64,000 nucleotides of DNA from Asaia bogorensis (GTDB lineage: Bacteria; Pseudomonadota; Alphaproteobacteria; CACIAM-22H2). This document shows, in pieces, positions 28,762 to 38,088 of this stretch. The notes under the pieces are model-generated. The model was not told the DNA's origin. It worked only from the letters and a program-made list of their open reading frames with translations, and did no database searches. The DNA is taken from the NCBI GenBank assembly GCA_945901855.1, contig CAMDLT010000021.1:764-64763 (forward strand), in the 5' to 3' direction. The first letter of the stretch is position 1. Every line of letters starts with the position of its first letter. Both the position numbers and the translations under genes were made by a program.

Positions 28762-28824
28762 AGCGGCTATGTATGCTGGCCTAGACATTGGCGGCGGGTT
28801 TGCGCCGCCCCGAAGGATCGTCCG

Positions 28825-29769
28825 TTGCAAAATCTGCCGAGCGCGCTGATCGATCGCGCGCAACGCCACTTCCGGCTTTTGCCGCCCGACCTGTCGGCAT
28901 CGCTGCTGATGCTGCTGGCGATGTTCGTCTTCACCGCGACCGGCGTGCTGGTGCGGATGGCGGCCGAATCGATGCCGATTTTCCAGATTCTGTTTTTGCG
29001 CCAAGTCCTGACGGTTGCGCTGATGTCGCCGCTTTTCTGGCGGCATCGGAACCAGATTCTGCATCCGCAGGGCATGCGCCTGCATTTGTTTCGCGGCTTC
29101 GCGGCGGTCGGCGCCATGAGCTGCGGCAACGCCGCCGTCATCTACATTCCCTTCGCCGACGTGACGGCCATCCAAATGTCGGAGGTGCTGTTCATCACCG
29201 CCTTGGCCGCCCTGTTTTTGGGCGAGAAAGTCGGCTGGCGGCGCTGGACGGCGACGCTCGTTGGTTTTACGGGCGTGGGCGTGATGCTGCAGCCGTTCTC
29301 GGGGCCGATCGAAACCTTCGCGCTGATCGCGCTGGTTGGATCGATGTTCGGCGCCATGTCGGTCATAACGCTGCGCTTTGGGTCGCGCCTGGACACGACC
29401 GAGACCGTGATCTTTTTCCAAAGCTGCGTCGTGATCGTGTGCATGGCGCCGCTGGCGTGGTGGTATTGGGTCCCGATCACCGCGCGCGGCCTCGGCATTT
29501 TGATGGTCATGGCCGTGATGCTGGCGCTGGGCACGCTGCTGTTTACCAACGCGTTCCGGCGCGGCAACGCGTCGGCGATCGCGCCGTTGCAGTATCTGCG
29601 CTTGCTGATGATGGCGGGCGTCGGCTACTGGCTTTACGACGAAACGCCGGGGCTTGCGACGGTCGTCGGCTCGGCGCTGATCGTGGGTGCGGCGATCTAC
29701 ACGCTGCGCCGCAACGCAATCCGCCAGTCGCCGATCCCGGCCGCCCCGCGTCCCGACAGCCCCGCCTGA
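28825..29769 (+). CDS. DMT superfamily transporter (EamA-like)
   Basis: Ten predicted TM segments with two EamA repeats. Confidence 0.7.
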   Translation: MQNLPSALIDRAQRHFRLLPPDLSASLLMLLAMFVFTATGVLVRMAAESMPIFQILFLRQVLTVALMSPLFWRHRNQILHPQGMRLHLFRGFAAVGAMSCGNAAVIYIPFADVTAIQMSEVLFITALAALFLGEKVGWRRWTATLVGFTGVGVMLQPFSGPIETFALIALVGSMFGAMSVITLRFGSRLDTTETVIFFQSCVVIVCMAPLAWWYWVPITARGLGILMVMAVMLALGTLLFTNAFRRGNASAIAPLQYLRLLMMAGVGYWLYDETPGLATVVGSALIVGAAIYTLRRNAIRQSPIPAAPRPDSPA

Positions 29770-29784
29770 GAAATACGCGCGCCT

Positions 29785-30624
29785 TCAATCCCTCTTGGCG
29801 GTTTCGATGCGCGCCAACGCCGCGCGCAGCGCGCGCATTTCCAGCGCAAGCGCGGCAAGTTCGGCCGCCATGGCCGCTTGCGGATCGGATTTGGGGGCAT
29901 CGGCAGCATCGGCATGCAAACGCGTCATCGAATCGACGATCAGCGCGATGAACAGGTTCAGCACCACGAATGTCGATATCAAGATGAACGGCAGGAAATA
30001 GAGCATCGCCGCCGAATGTTCGGCCAGGATCGGCTTGACGATCTCGCCCGACCAGCCGTCCAGCGTCATAAGCTGGAACAGCGTCATGAAGGTTGCCCCC
30101 AGATCGCCGAACTGCTCGGGGTGGGTTTGTCCGAACAGTTTGGTGCCCATCACCGCAAAAACGTAGAACACCAACGACAGCAACGCGACGATGGCCGACA
30201 TGCCGGGCAGCGAGCGCAGCAACGCTTCGACCACCACGCGCATCGACGGCACGATGGAAACGAGCCGCAAGACGCGCAAGACGCGAAGCGCGCGCAGCAC
30301 CGACAGCGGCCCGGACGCCGGTACCAGCGCAATCCCCACCACGATCAGATCGAACCAGTTCCAGCCGCCGCGAAAAAACCGGCCGCCATGCGCAAGGAGG
30401 CGGATCGCAAGCTCGCCGACAAACACCGCCAAGATCGCGCTGTCGAGCGCGCGCAAGATTGGGCCGATCGCGTCCACGACGCTCGCCGACGTTTCGAGGC
30501 CGAGCGTGACGGCATTGAGCACGATCAAGCCCATCACGATGCGTTGGATTGGCGGCGATTCGATCCAAGCGCGCAACCGCGCGCGCCAAGGATTTGCAGG
30601 CTCGGGAAGGGAAATGTCGGTCAT
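29785..30624 (-). CDS. Bacterial voltage-gated ion channel (BacNaV / NaChBac family, 6TM, 279 aa)
   Basis: ATG at 30624. S4 with four Arg at every third position (LRALRVLRVLRLV). Pore FQLMTLDGWSGEIVKPI, against NaChBac FQVVTLESWASGVMRPI. C-terminal coiled coil. The rest of the listed ORF 29785..33255 is antisense to cheA. Confidence 0.85.
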   Translation of the reverse strand: MTDISLPEPANPWRARLRAWIESPPIQRIVMGLIVLNAVTLGLETSASVVDAIGPILRALDSAILAVFVGELAIRLLAHGGRFFRGGWNWFDLIVVGIALVPASGPLSVLRALRVLRVLRLVSIVPSMRVVVEALLRSLPGMSAIVALLSLVFYVFAVMGTKLFGQTHPEQFGDLGATFMTLFQLMTLDGWSGEIVKPILAEHSAAMLYFLPFILISTFVVLNLFIALIVDSMTRLHADAADAPKSDPQAAMAAELAALALEMRALRAALARIETAKRD

Positions 30625-30753
30625 GGTGCAGGCTCCGGGGGGAAGCAGGCGACTCGCTGGACGGCGACTATAGAAAACCGCAAGCGACGGCGATAGCGCT
30701 AGGCGAAGGCTGCGGCGCGCGCTAATAATTGATTGCGTTATTCGAGGGTTTTC

Positions 30754-31056
30754 ATGGCGTCTGATGCGGCAACGGCACGGATCGAACTGGCGGCGACCTG
30801 CGATATCGCAGGGGCGATCGCCTTGCACGGCGAACTGCTCGAAAAACTGGCGGCCGGCACGCCCACCTTGCTCGACGCCAGCGGCGTTGCCGAACCCTCC
30901 ACCGCGCTGGTCCAAGTGGTCGAGTCGGCTGCGGCCGCCTTTGCGTCGCGCGACTTGCGATTCGGTCTCTACAATCCGTCGGACGCGCTGTGCATTGCCT
31001 ACGAAGACATGGGCCTGTACGGCGCTTTGATGGGCCGCATCGCGATGGAAATCTGA
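30754..31056 (+). CDS. STAS-domain protein (anti-sigma-factor-antagonist-like), first gene of the che operon
   Basis: ATG at 30754 (MASDAATARIELAATCDIAGAIALHGELLE...). STAS fold, about 100 aa. Confidence 0.6.
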   Translation: MASDAATARIELAATCDIAGAIALHGELLEKLAAGTPTLLDASGVAEPSTALVQVVESAAAAFASRDLRFGLYNPSDALCIAYEDMGLYGALMGRIAMEI

Positions 31057-31068
31057 CGGCGGGCGCGC

Positions 31069-33174
31069 ATGGCAAGCGAAGAAGAAGAACTTCAGGGCAT
31101 CTTTTTCCTCGAATGCGAGGAACTGCTTGCCAGCGCCGAACAGAGCGTCGAAACGCTGCGCGAAGGCGACGGCTCCGACGATGCGATCCACGCGCTGTTC
31201 CGGTCGGTCCACTCCATCAAGGGCGGGGCCGGCGCCTTTGGCATGGACAAACTCGCCAAGTTCGCGCACGCGTTCGAATCCTATATGGATCTGCTGCGCA
31301 AGGGGCGCGCCGAACTTGACGCGACCGCCGTCAAGTTGCTGTTCGACGGCGTCGACGTGCTGCGCATGCTGGTCGAAGAATCGCAGCACGGCACGCCCGC
31401 GCCGGCCGTTCGCTACGATGCGGCGTTTGCAGCACTGCGTGCGGCGGCGGGCCTCGACGATGCGCCCGCCGACGAACTGGCGCCGGGCGCGGATTTCGAT
31501 CCGATGGCGGCGTTCGTCGCCGAAGCGGCCGCCGCAGAAGCGGCGGCGCCCACGACGCGCTACAAAATCCGGTTTGTGCCGGGCCCCGGGTTGCTTGCGG
31601 CAGGCGTCGATCCGCTGCGCATCCTGGGCGCGCTCAAAGCGATGGGCAGTTTGGCGGTCGAAATCGACGCCAGCACCGTGCCGGCACTGGCCGATCTGGA
31701 GCCCGGCGTTTGCCATTTCGCGTGGTCGCTGGCGCTCGACACGGCAGCGCCGTTCGCCGATCTCGACGAAATTCGCGAGATGATCGACGATTTGGCAGTT
31801 TTCGAAATCGAAGCCCCACCCCCACCCGAAACGCCCCCACCCGAAACGCCCGCGCTCGAAACGCCCTTGCTCGAAACGCGGGCGCCCGAGCTGCAAGCGC
31901 CGGTCGCAAGCGGCGCCAAGCCGTCCGCAGCGCCAGCCCATGCGGCACGCGAAAAACCCGTCGCGACCGTGCGCGTCGACGTGCCGAAACTCGAACGGCT
32001 GGGCAATATGGTGGGCGAGCTCATCATCACCCAGGCGTTTTTGGCGCGTCAGGCCAGCGGCCTCGATCCCGACGCGCATCGCCGCCTGTTCCGCGCCCTC
32101 GACGACATGTCGCAGCATATTCGCGACCTTGCCGATGCGGCGACATCGATCCGCGCGCAACCGCTGAAGGTCGTCTTCTCGCGCTTCGGGGCCGTGGTGC
32201 GCGATCTGGAAAAAAGCACGGGCAAACGCATCCGCCTGGAAATCGAGGGCGATTCGACCGAAATCGACAAAACGGTCGTCGAACGGCTCGGCGAACCGCT
32301 GACGCACCTGATCCGCAATTCGATCGACCACGGCATCGAATCGCCGGAGAAGCGCGAAGCGGCGGGCAAGGATCCGGTCGGTCGGCTGCGTCTGGCCGCC
32401 GAACAGCGCGGCAGCCAGGTCGTGATCGAATTGTCCGACGACGGGGCGGGCGTCAATCGGCCGCGCGTCCTCAAAATCGCGATCGAGCGCGGCCTGGTCG
32501 CGCAAGGCGCGACGCTCGCCGACGACGAAATCGACGCGTTGATTTTTCTGCCCGGCTTCTCGACCGCCGATTCCGTGACGTCGGTGTCCGGGCGCGGCGT
32601 CGGCATGGATGCCGTGCGCCAGTCGATCGGCGAGATGGGCGGGCGCGTGGCGTTGGGCTCGACGCCGGGCAAGGGCACGGTGTTCTCGCTCTATCTGCCG
32701 CTGTCGCTGGCCGTGCTCGACGCGATGGTGACGCTCGTCGCGCGCAACAACTACCTGATCCCGCTCGGCGACATCGTCGAAAGCCTGCGCCCGACCGCCG
32801 CCATGATCGTGCGCCTCGACCGCAACCGCGCCATGCTGGCATGGCGCGGGGCGATGGTGCGAATCCTGGTGCTGGGCGAGGAATTCGACGTGCCGGATTT
32901 TGTCGCCGAGCCGACCGAGTGCATTTTGGTCGTGGTGCGCGCGGCAGGCGGCGAGATGCTGGCCTTGCAGGTCGACGATCTGATCGGGCAGGAACCGGTC
33001 GTGGTCAAAAGCCTCGAAAAGAATTTCCGCAAAGTGGCGGGCCTGTCCGGCGCCACGATTTTGGGCGACGGGCGGCCTGCCCTCATTTTGGACCCGCAAT
33101 CGTTGGGCACGGCCGGCGCACGGCGCAAACGCCTCGAAGCCCAGAACGATCCCGCGAGCGAGCAAGGGACATAG
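31069..33174 (+). CDS. cheA: Chemotaxis histidine kinase CheA
   Basis: HPt domain with HSIKGGAGAFG, a P2-like region, a Pro-rich linker, the HATPase domain, and a C-terminal CheW-like domain. Confidence 0.95.
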   Translation: MASEEEELQGIFFLECEELLASAEQSVETLREGDGSDDAIHALFRSVHSIKGGAGAFGMDKLAKFAHAFESYMDLLRKGRAELDATAVKLLFDGVDVLRMLVEESQHGTPAPAVRYDAAFAALRAAAGLDDAPADELAPGADFDPMAAFVAEAAAAEAAAPTTRYKIRFVPGPGLLAAGVDPLRILGALKAMGSLAVEIDASTVPALADLEPGVCHFAWSLALDTAAPFADLDEIREMIDDLAVFEIEAPPPPETPPPETPALETPLLETRAPELQAPVASGAKPSAAPAHAAREKPVATVRVDVPKLERLGNMVGELIITQAFLARQASGLDPDAHRRLFRALDDMSQHIRDLADAATSIRAQPLKVVFSRFGAVVRDLEKSTGKRIRLEIEGDSTEIDKTVVERLGEPLTHLIRNSIDHGIESPEKREAAGKDPVGRLRLAAEQRGSQVVIELSDDGAGVNRPRVLKIAIERGLVAQGATLADDEIDALIFLPGFSTADSVTSVSGRGVGMDAVRQSIGEMGGRVALGSTPGKGTVFSLYLPLSLAVLDAMVTLVARNNYLIPLGDIVESLRPTAAMIVRLDRNRAMLAWRGAMVRILVLGEEFDVPDFVAEPTECILVVVRAAGGEMLALQVDDLIGQEPVVVKSLEKNFRKVAGLSGATILGDGRPALILDPQSLGTAGARRKRLEAQNDPASEQGT

Positions 33175-33176
33175 CC

Positions 33177-33683
33177 ATGGAAACGCAACGCAAAGCCGCC
33201 ACGGGCGAAACCGACGATTCCCAATTCGTCTCGTTCGAAATCGGGACCAGCACATTTTTGATCCCGATCGACAAGGTCGTCGAGTTCCGCACCTGGAGCG
33301 AACCCACGCCCGTTCCGCACACGCCCGACTTCGTGCGCGGCATCATCAATATTCGCGGCGAGATCGTGCCGATCTACGACGTTGCCGCGCGCCTGGGACG
33401 CGGCGCGACGCAAGCCCATGCGCGCCATGTGGTGGTCATCGTGCGCTCGGACGATGCGCGTTCGGTGGGGCTGCTTGTCGATTCGGTGACCGACATCGTC
33501 AATGCGCGCAGCGCCGACATGGCGTCGATCCCGCGCATCGAAGGGGGCGACGCGACGCCGTTCATGCGCGGCGTCGTGTTCGTGGCCGAGCGCATTCTGG
33601 GCGTCACCGACGTCGACCGGCTGGTGCAGGAAACCCTGCCCGACGGCGCGCTCGAACTGCCCGCCGAGCCGCAGGACGCATGA
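33177..33683 (+). CDS. cheW: Chemotaxis coupling protein CheW
   Basis: ATG at 33177 after a GGGACATAGCC spacer. FVSFEIGTSTFLIPIDKVVEF...IRGEIVPIYD is the CheW fold. Confidence 0.9.
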   Translation: METQRKAATGETDDSQFVSFEIGTSTFLIPIDKVVEFRTWSEPTPVPHTPDFVRGIINIRGEIVPIYDVAARLGRGATQAHARHVVVIVRSDDARSVGLLVDSVTDIVNARSADMASIPRIEGGDATPFMRGVVFVAERILGVTDVDRLVQETLPDGALELPAEPQDA

Positions 33684-34495
33684 TCGAGACCGCGCCCGCA
33701 TTCACCGGCAGCGATCTGGCATTTTTTGCCGCCGCCATGCGCGCGCGCACGGGCATCGTGCTGGCCGACGGCAAAGCGGCGCTGGTGCTGCGCCGCTTGT
33801 CGCCGCGGCTGCGCGAAACCGGGTGCCGCGATTTCGCCGACTACCGCGCGCTGCTCGAGGATCCCGAGGCGCCGGAATGGACGCGCGTCGTCGAATTGCT
33901 GACCACCAACCATTCGCGCTTTTTTCGCGAGATCCACCATTTCAAACTGCTCGCGCGCCATCTGGATACGCTGCTGGCGGCAGGGCAGGCGCGTTTGCGG
34001 CTGTGGTCGGCGGCGTGCGCGTCGGGGCAGGAGCCCTATTCGATGGCGCTGGTGCTGCACGACCGACTGGCCGACCAGAAAAATGTCGATTCGCGCATCT
34101 TGGCAACCGACATCGACCGCACGGTGCTGGCGGCGGCCGAGGCCGGGCTCTATCGGCCCGAGGATGTCGGCCATCTGCCGGCCTTTGCGCGCGCCCACAT
34201 GGCCAAGGCGGCCGACGGCACCTTTTCGGTATCGGGGGCGATGAAAAACTATGTACGCTTCAAGCCGCACAATCTGGTCGGCAGCGAATGGCCCATACAG
34301 GGGCCGTTCGATGCGATCTTTTGCCGCAACATGCTGATCTATCTCGACCCTGCCGACCAAACCAAAGTGGTGGCGCGGCTTGCGAACCTCGTCAGACCGG
34401 GCGGCCTTCTGTGCCTGGGCCATTCGGAAATCGTGCGTGACAAAACTTTGCCTCTCGAACGCCTTGGAGTGCCCAGCAGCTATGTCCGACTCTGA
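33680..34495 (+). CDS. cheR: Chemotaxis protein methyltransferase CheR
   Basis: SAM-binding LRLWSAACASGQEPYSMA and FCRNMLIYLD motifs. Confidence 0.9.
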   Translation: MIETAPAFTGSDLAFFAAAMRARTGIVLADGKAALVLRRLSPRLRETGCRDFADYRALLEDPEAPEWTRVVELLTTNHSRFFREIHHFKLLARHLDTLLAAGQARLRLWSAACASGQEPYSMALVLHDRLADQKNVDSRILATDIDRTVLAAAEAGLYRPEDVGHLPAFARAHMAKAADGTFSVSGAMKNYVRFKPHNLVGSEWPIQGPFDAIFCRNMLIYLDPADQTKVVARLANLVRPGGLLCLGHSEIVRDKTLPLERLGVPSSYVRL

Positions 34496-35576
34496 CACGC
34501 CGAAAAAACGCGTCCGCGTCATGATCGTCGACGACTCCGCGTTGGTGCGCGAAATGCTGACCGGGATTCTGTCGGCCGATCCCGACATCGAAGTGGTGGG
34601 AACCGCACCCGACCCGATCGTGGCGCGCGACAAGATCAAAACGCTGGCGCCCGACGTGCTCACGCTCGACGTCGAAATGCCGCGCATGAGCGGCATCGAG
34701 TTTCTCGAACGGCTCATGCGCCTGCGCCCGATGCCGGTCGTGATGATTTCGACGCTAACGCAAGAGGGCGCCGACACCACGCTGCGCGCCCTCGAGCTTG
34801 GCGCCGTCGACTATGTCGCCAAGCCCACCCAGCGCCTCAGCGACTCGTTCGCCGAACTCAAAGAATCGATCTGCAGCAAGGTCAAGATGGCGGCCGGTGC
34901 GCGCGTGCGCGCGACGCCCGCCGCGCGCCATGTACCCGCATCGGGTCCCGTTTCGGGCGACGCGCCGCCCCAGCGGATCGCAACCCATCTCGACGCGATC
35001 GCGATCGGCGCCTCCACGGGCGGGGTGGAAGCGCTGGGCGAGATCTTGTCCGCGATTCCCCCCGGCGCGCCCGGCATCTTGATCGTGCAGCACATGCCCG
35101 GCAATTTCACCGGGCGATTCGCCGCCCGCCTCGATGCCAGTCTCAATCTGAAAGTGGTCGAGGCGAGCGACGGCGCAGAAATTCTGCGGGGCCATGTCTA
35201 TATCGCGCCCGGCGGTCGCCATTTGGCCGTGTCGCGCGCGGGCGGAACGCTCAAATGCAGCCTCAGCGACGGGCCGCCGGAAAGCGGGCACGTACCCTCG
35301 GTCGACCATTTGTTCCGCTCCTTTGCAGCGCTTGGCGACCGGGCGGCGGGCGCCATTTTGACCGGCATGGGCCGCGACGGGGCGGTCGGCCTCAAACACA
35401 TGCGCGACGCGGGCGCCTTGACGATCGCGCAGGACGCTGCAACATCCGTCGTCTATGGTATGCCGAGGGTTGCAGCGGAAACGAACGCCGCAGCGCTGGT
35501 GCTGCCGCTGACGCGCATCGCAGCGGCGCTGCTGGCAGCGCCGAATGGCGCAAACAAAGAGGGAGGATCGACATGA
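34482..35576 (+). CDS. cheB: Chemotaxis response regulator protein-glutamate methylesterase CheB
   Basis: ATG at 34482. REC domain (VMIVDDSALVREML...LDVEMPRMSG) and a methylesterase domain (IGASTGG...HMPGNFTGRF...GMGRDGA). Confidence 0.9.
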   Translation: MSDSDTPKKRVRVMIVDDSALVREMLTGILSADPDIEVVGTAPDPIVARDKIKTLAPDVLTLDVEMPRMSGIEFLERLMRLRPMPVVMISTLTQEGADTTLRALELGAVDYVAKPTQRLSDSFAELKESICSKVKMAAGARVRATPAARHVPASGPVSGDAPPQRIATHLDAIAIGASTGGVEALGEILSAIPPGAPGILIVQHMPGNFTGRFAARLDASLNLKVVEASDGAEILRGHVYIAPGGRHLAVSRAGGTLKCSLSDGPPESGHVPSVDHLFRSFAALGDRAAGAILTGMGRDGAVGLKHMRDAGALTIAQDAATSVVYGMPRVAAETNAAALVLPLTRIAAALLAAPNGANKEGGST

Positions 35577-35962
35577 CCAACGCCCGCAGTTTGCGCGTCC
35601 TCGTCGTCGACGATCAGGGCAGCATGCGCATGCTCGTTCGCAGCTATCTTCGCAAACTCGGCTTCGAATCGATCGACGAAGCCGAAAGCGGCCAAGCGGC
35701 GCTGAAGGAGCTGCAGAACCGGCCCTACAATCTGGTCATTTCGGACATCAACATGGATGGCGGCACCGGCCTCGATCTGCTGAAGGGCATGCGCGCGCAC
35801 CCTGTTCTCAAGCGCACGCCCGTCATCATGGTCACGGGAAATTCCGACAAAGCCACGGTCGCCGCGGTCGTGCAGGCGGGCGTCAACGGCTACGTCGTCA
35901 AGCCCGTGTCGCTTGAGGCGCTCAAGGCGCGCATCCTGCATATTCTGGGCCCCCTTACTTGA
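35573..35962 (+). CDS. cheY: Chemotaxis response regulator CheY
   Basis: The ATG at 35573 overlaps the cheB stop. Single REC domain (LVVDDQGSMR...ISDINMDGGTGLDLLK...KPV). Confidence 0.85.
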   Translation: MTNARSLRVLVVDDQGSMRMLVRSYLRKLGFESIDEAESGQAALKELQNRPYNLVISDINMDGGTGLDLLKGMRAHPVLKRTPVIMVTGNSDKATVAAVVQAGVNGYVVKPVSLEALKARILHILGPLT

Positions 35963-35981
35963 GCTTGCGGAAGCGAACGAC

Positions 35982-38081
35982 ATGAAAATCTCCACCAAAC
36001 TTTCGGGTCTGATCGTCGTCGCATCGCTGCTGTCGGCGGGGCTGTTCGGGTATCTAACCTACCTTGCGCATGTCGCGCTCAATGCCGAGGAGCGCGTGAT
36101 TGCGGGCTCGACCTATGCCGGGCCGATGCGCGATCTGGGCGAGGCGATCTACCGGCACAAGCTCAATATGCTTAAAAATGTCGGCGTGGCTTCCCCCGAC
36201 AATGACGGGCTCGCGCGCGCCAAGGAAACGATCCGCGCGGTGCTTGTGCGCATCGACGCGCTCGATGCGCGCACGCAGGCAAAATTCGGCACGGCGCCCG
36301 CGGCCCCCGGCCTCAGGCCCGCGATCGAGCGCATACTGGCGCTGCGCCATGGGCCGACGCAAAATTCCGCCAATGTCATCGAGTTTCACGAAGCGACCTT
36401 CGCGCAGTACCGCGAATTGACTTTTTCCGCCGCCGACACGTTCGAGATTTTGGGCGATCCGGACGTCGATTTTGTTTTGATGTTCCAGAACCAGATCGAA
36501 GTCTATCCCAACATCCTGATGTCGCGCGCGTATCTTGCGGGCCGCTCGTTCGTTTTCGACGAAACGGCGAGCGGGCGTTTTGCGCATACCGAAACGCTGC
36601 AGATCCAGATCAACCGGCTGATCGAGCAGCAGGGCGTGATCGCCGAAAACATGCGCCGCCTGACGCGCAATGTGGGCCGCGCCGAGAAAGTGCAAGGCAA
36701 CGGGCGCGACTGGACCAATCGCGCGCCCATCGCAGCGGCGCTGGCCGAGCGCTCGCAGCGCCTGGAGAACGGCTATCTCGCCGCTCTCAACAAATCGCCT
36801 TCGCCGGTGGGCTCGGTCATGGTCGGCGAAGAAGAGATGTTTTTGGCGACGCTCCTCGACGGCTGGCGCTCGCTGACAACGCAAGTTGATCGCGCGCTTG
36901 CCGATCGCATGGTGGCCAATACGCGCACCTTCTATTTGCAGACTGGCTTGCTGGCGATAAGCCTGCTCGTGCTGTTCGGCGCGATGAGCCTGGGCGTTCG
37001 CGGCGTGTCGCGCGACATCGAAGCGACCAACGCGCTTACCATGCGCATCGCCAAGGGCGAGCTCGACGTGGTCGTGCCGGGCACGGACCGGCCCGACGAA
37101 ATCGGCGGACTGGCGCGCTCGATCGAAATCTTGCGCAGGAATTCGCTGGCGCAGCGCGAACTCCAGCAAAAAGAGCGCGAGACCGCCCGGCATCTGGCCG
37201 ATACGGCCGCGCGCGTGGCCGATTCGGTGGATGCGATCCGCGCGGCAGCCAGCGAAATTTCGCAAGGCAGCAACGACCTTGCCACGCGCACCGAGCGCCA
37301 GGCGTCGGCCCTGCAGCAGACCGTCGCGACGATGGCGGAAATTTCGGCAACCGTTTCGACCAACGCGCTCAATTCCGACCAGGCGCGCAAATTGGCCGCC
37401 GACGCGCTGGGACGCGCCGAAGGCGGCGGCCATGCGGTCACCAGCGTGGTCACGGCCATGTCGGGCATCGAAGCCTCGTCCGCGCGCATTGCCGCAATCA
37501 TCCAGGTGATGGAAGAAATTTCGTTCCAGACCAAACTGCTCGCGCTCAATGCGGCCGTCGAAGCCGCGCGCGCGGGCGAAACGGGCAAGGGCTTTGCGGT
37601 GGTCGCCCAGGAAGTGCGCTCGCTCGCCGACCGCTCGCGCCAAGCCTCGCAGCAGATCCGCGATCTGATCGCCGAGAGCACGCGCGAAGTGGGCCAGGGG
37701 GTGCAATTGGCGGGGGCGGCAGGCGAGGCGCTGGGCACGATCATCGAGATCGTGCGCAAGGTTGCCGACATTGCGCCCGAAATCGCGGCCGGCAGCCGCG
37801 AGCAGGCGCGCAGCATCACCGAGATCAACAAGGCGCTCGGCGATCTCGACGCCGCGACGCAGCAGAACGCTGCCTTGGTCGAACAAAGCTCGGCCTCGGC
37901 CGCGTCGCTGGCCGAACAAGCGGGCCAGCTTGTCGAAGTTGTATCGAGCTTCCGCGCCGATGGCGGGGCGGACGGGGCGGCGAAGCCAGCACCGGCCGCC
38001 GCGCCCAAGGCGGCGGCGCCAAAAACGGTTGCGGCGAAAAAAGCGCCCGCACGCGACGCCGACTGGGACGAGGAGTTCTAA
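35982..38081 (+). CDS. Methyl-accepting chemotaxis protein
   Basis: ATG at 35982. N-terminal TM segment, a periplasmic region, HAMP, and the MCP signalling domain (NALNAAVEAARAGETGKGFAVVAQEVRSLA). Confidence 0.9.
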   Translation: MKISTKLSGLIVVASLLSAGLFGYLTYLAHVALNAEERVIAGSTYAGPMRDLGEAIYRHKLNMLKNVGVASPDNDGLARAKETIRAVLVRIDALDARTQAKFGTAPAAPGLRPAIERILALRHGPTQNSANVIEFHEATFAQYRELTFSAADTFEILGDPDVDFVLMFQNQIEVYPNILMSRAYLAGRSFVFDETASGRFAHTETLQIQINRLIEQQGVIAENMRRLTRNVGRAEKVQGNGRDWTNRAPIAAALAERSQRLENGYLAALNKSPSPVGSVMVGEEEMFLATLLDGWRSLTTQVDRALADRMVANTRTFYLQTGLLAISLLVLFGAMSLGVRGVSRDIEATNALTMRIAKGELDVVVPGTDRPDEIGGLARSIEILRRNSLAQRELQQKERETARHLADTAARVADSVDAIRAAASEISQGSNDLATRTERQASALQQTVATMAEISATVSTNALNSDQARKLAADALGRAEGGGHAVTSVVTAMSGIEASSARIAAIIQVMEEISFQTKLLALNAAVEAARAGETGKGFAVVAQEVRSLADRSRQASQQIRDLIAESTREVGQGVQLAGAAGEALGTIIEIVRKVADIAPEIAAGSREQARSITEINKALGDLDAATQQNAALVEQSSASAASLAEQAGQLVEVVSSFRADGGADGAAKPAPAAAPKAAAPKTVAAKKAPARDADWDEEF

Positions 38082-38088
38082 CGCGCCG

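Noticed and set aside
30625-33255. N-terminal about 880 aa of the listed 1156-aa minus-strand ORF 29785..33255
   Set aside because: It is antisense to cheA and to the STAS gene. Only 29785..30624 encodes the voltage-gated channel.
38040-38081. C-terminal CheR-tethering pentapeptide on the MCP
   Set aside because: The protein ends in DWDEEF, which does not match NWETF/GWEEF-type motifs well enough to claim.
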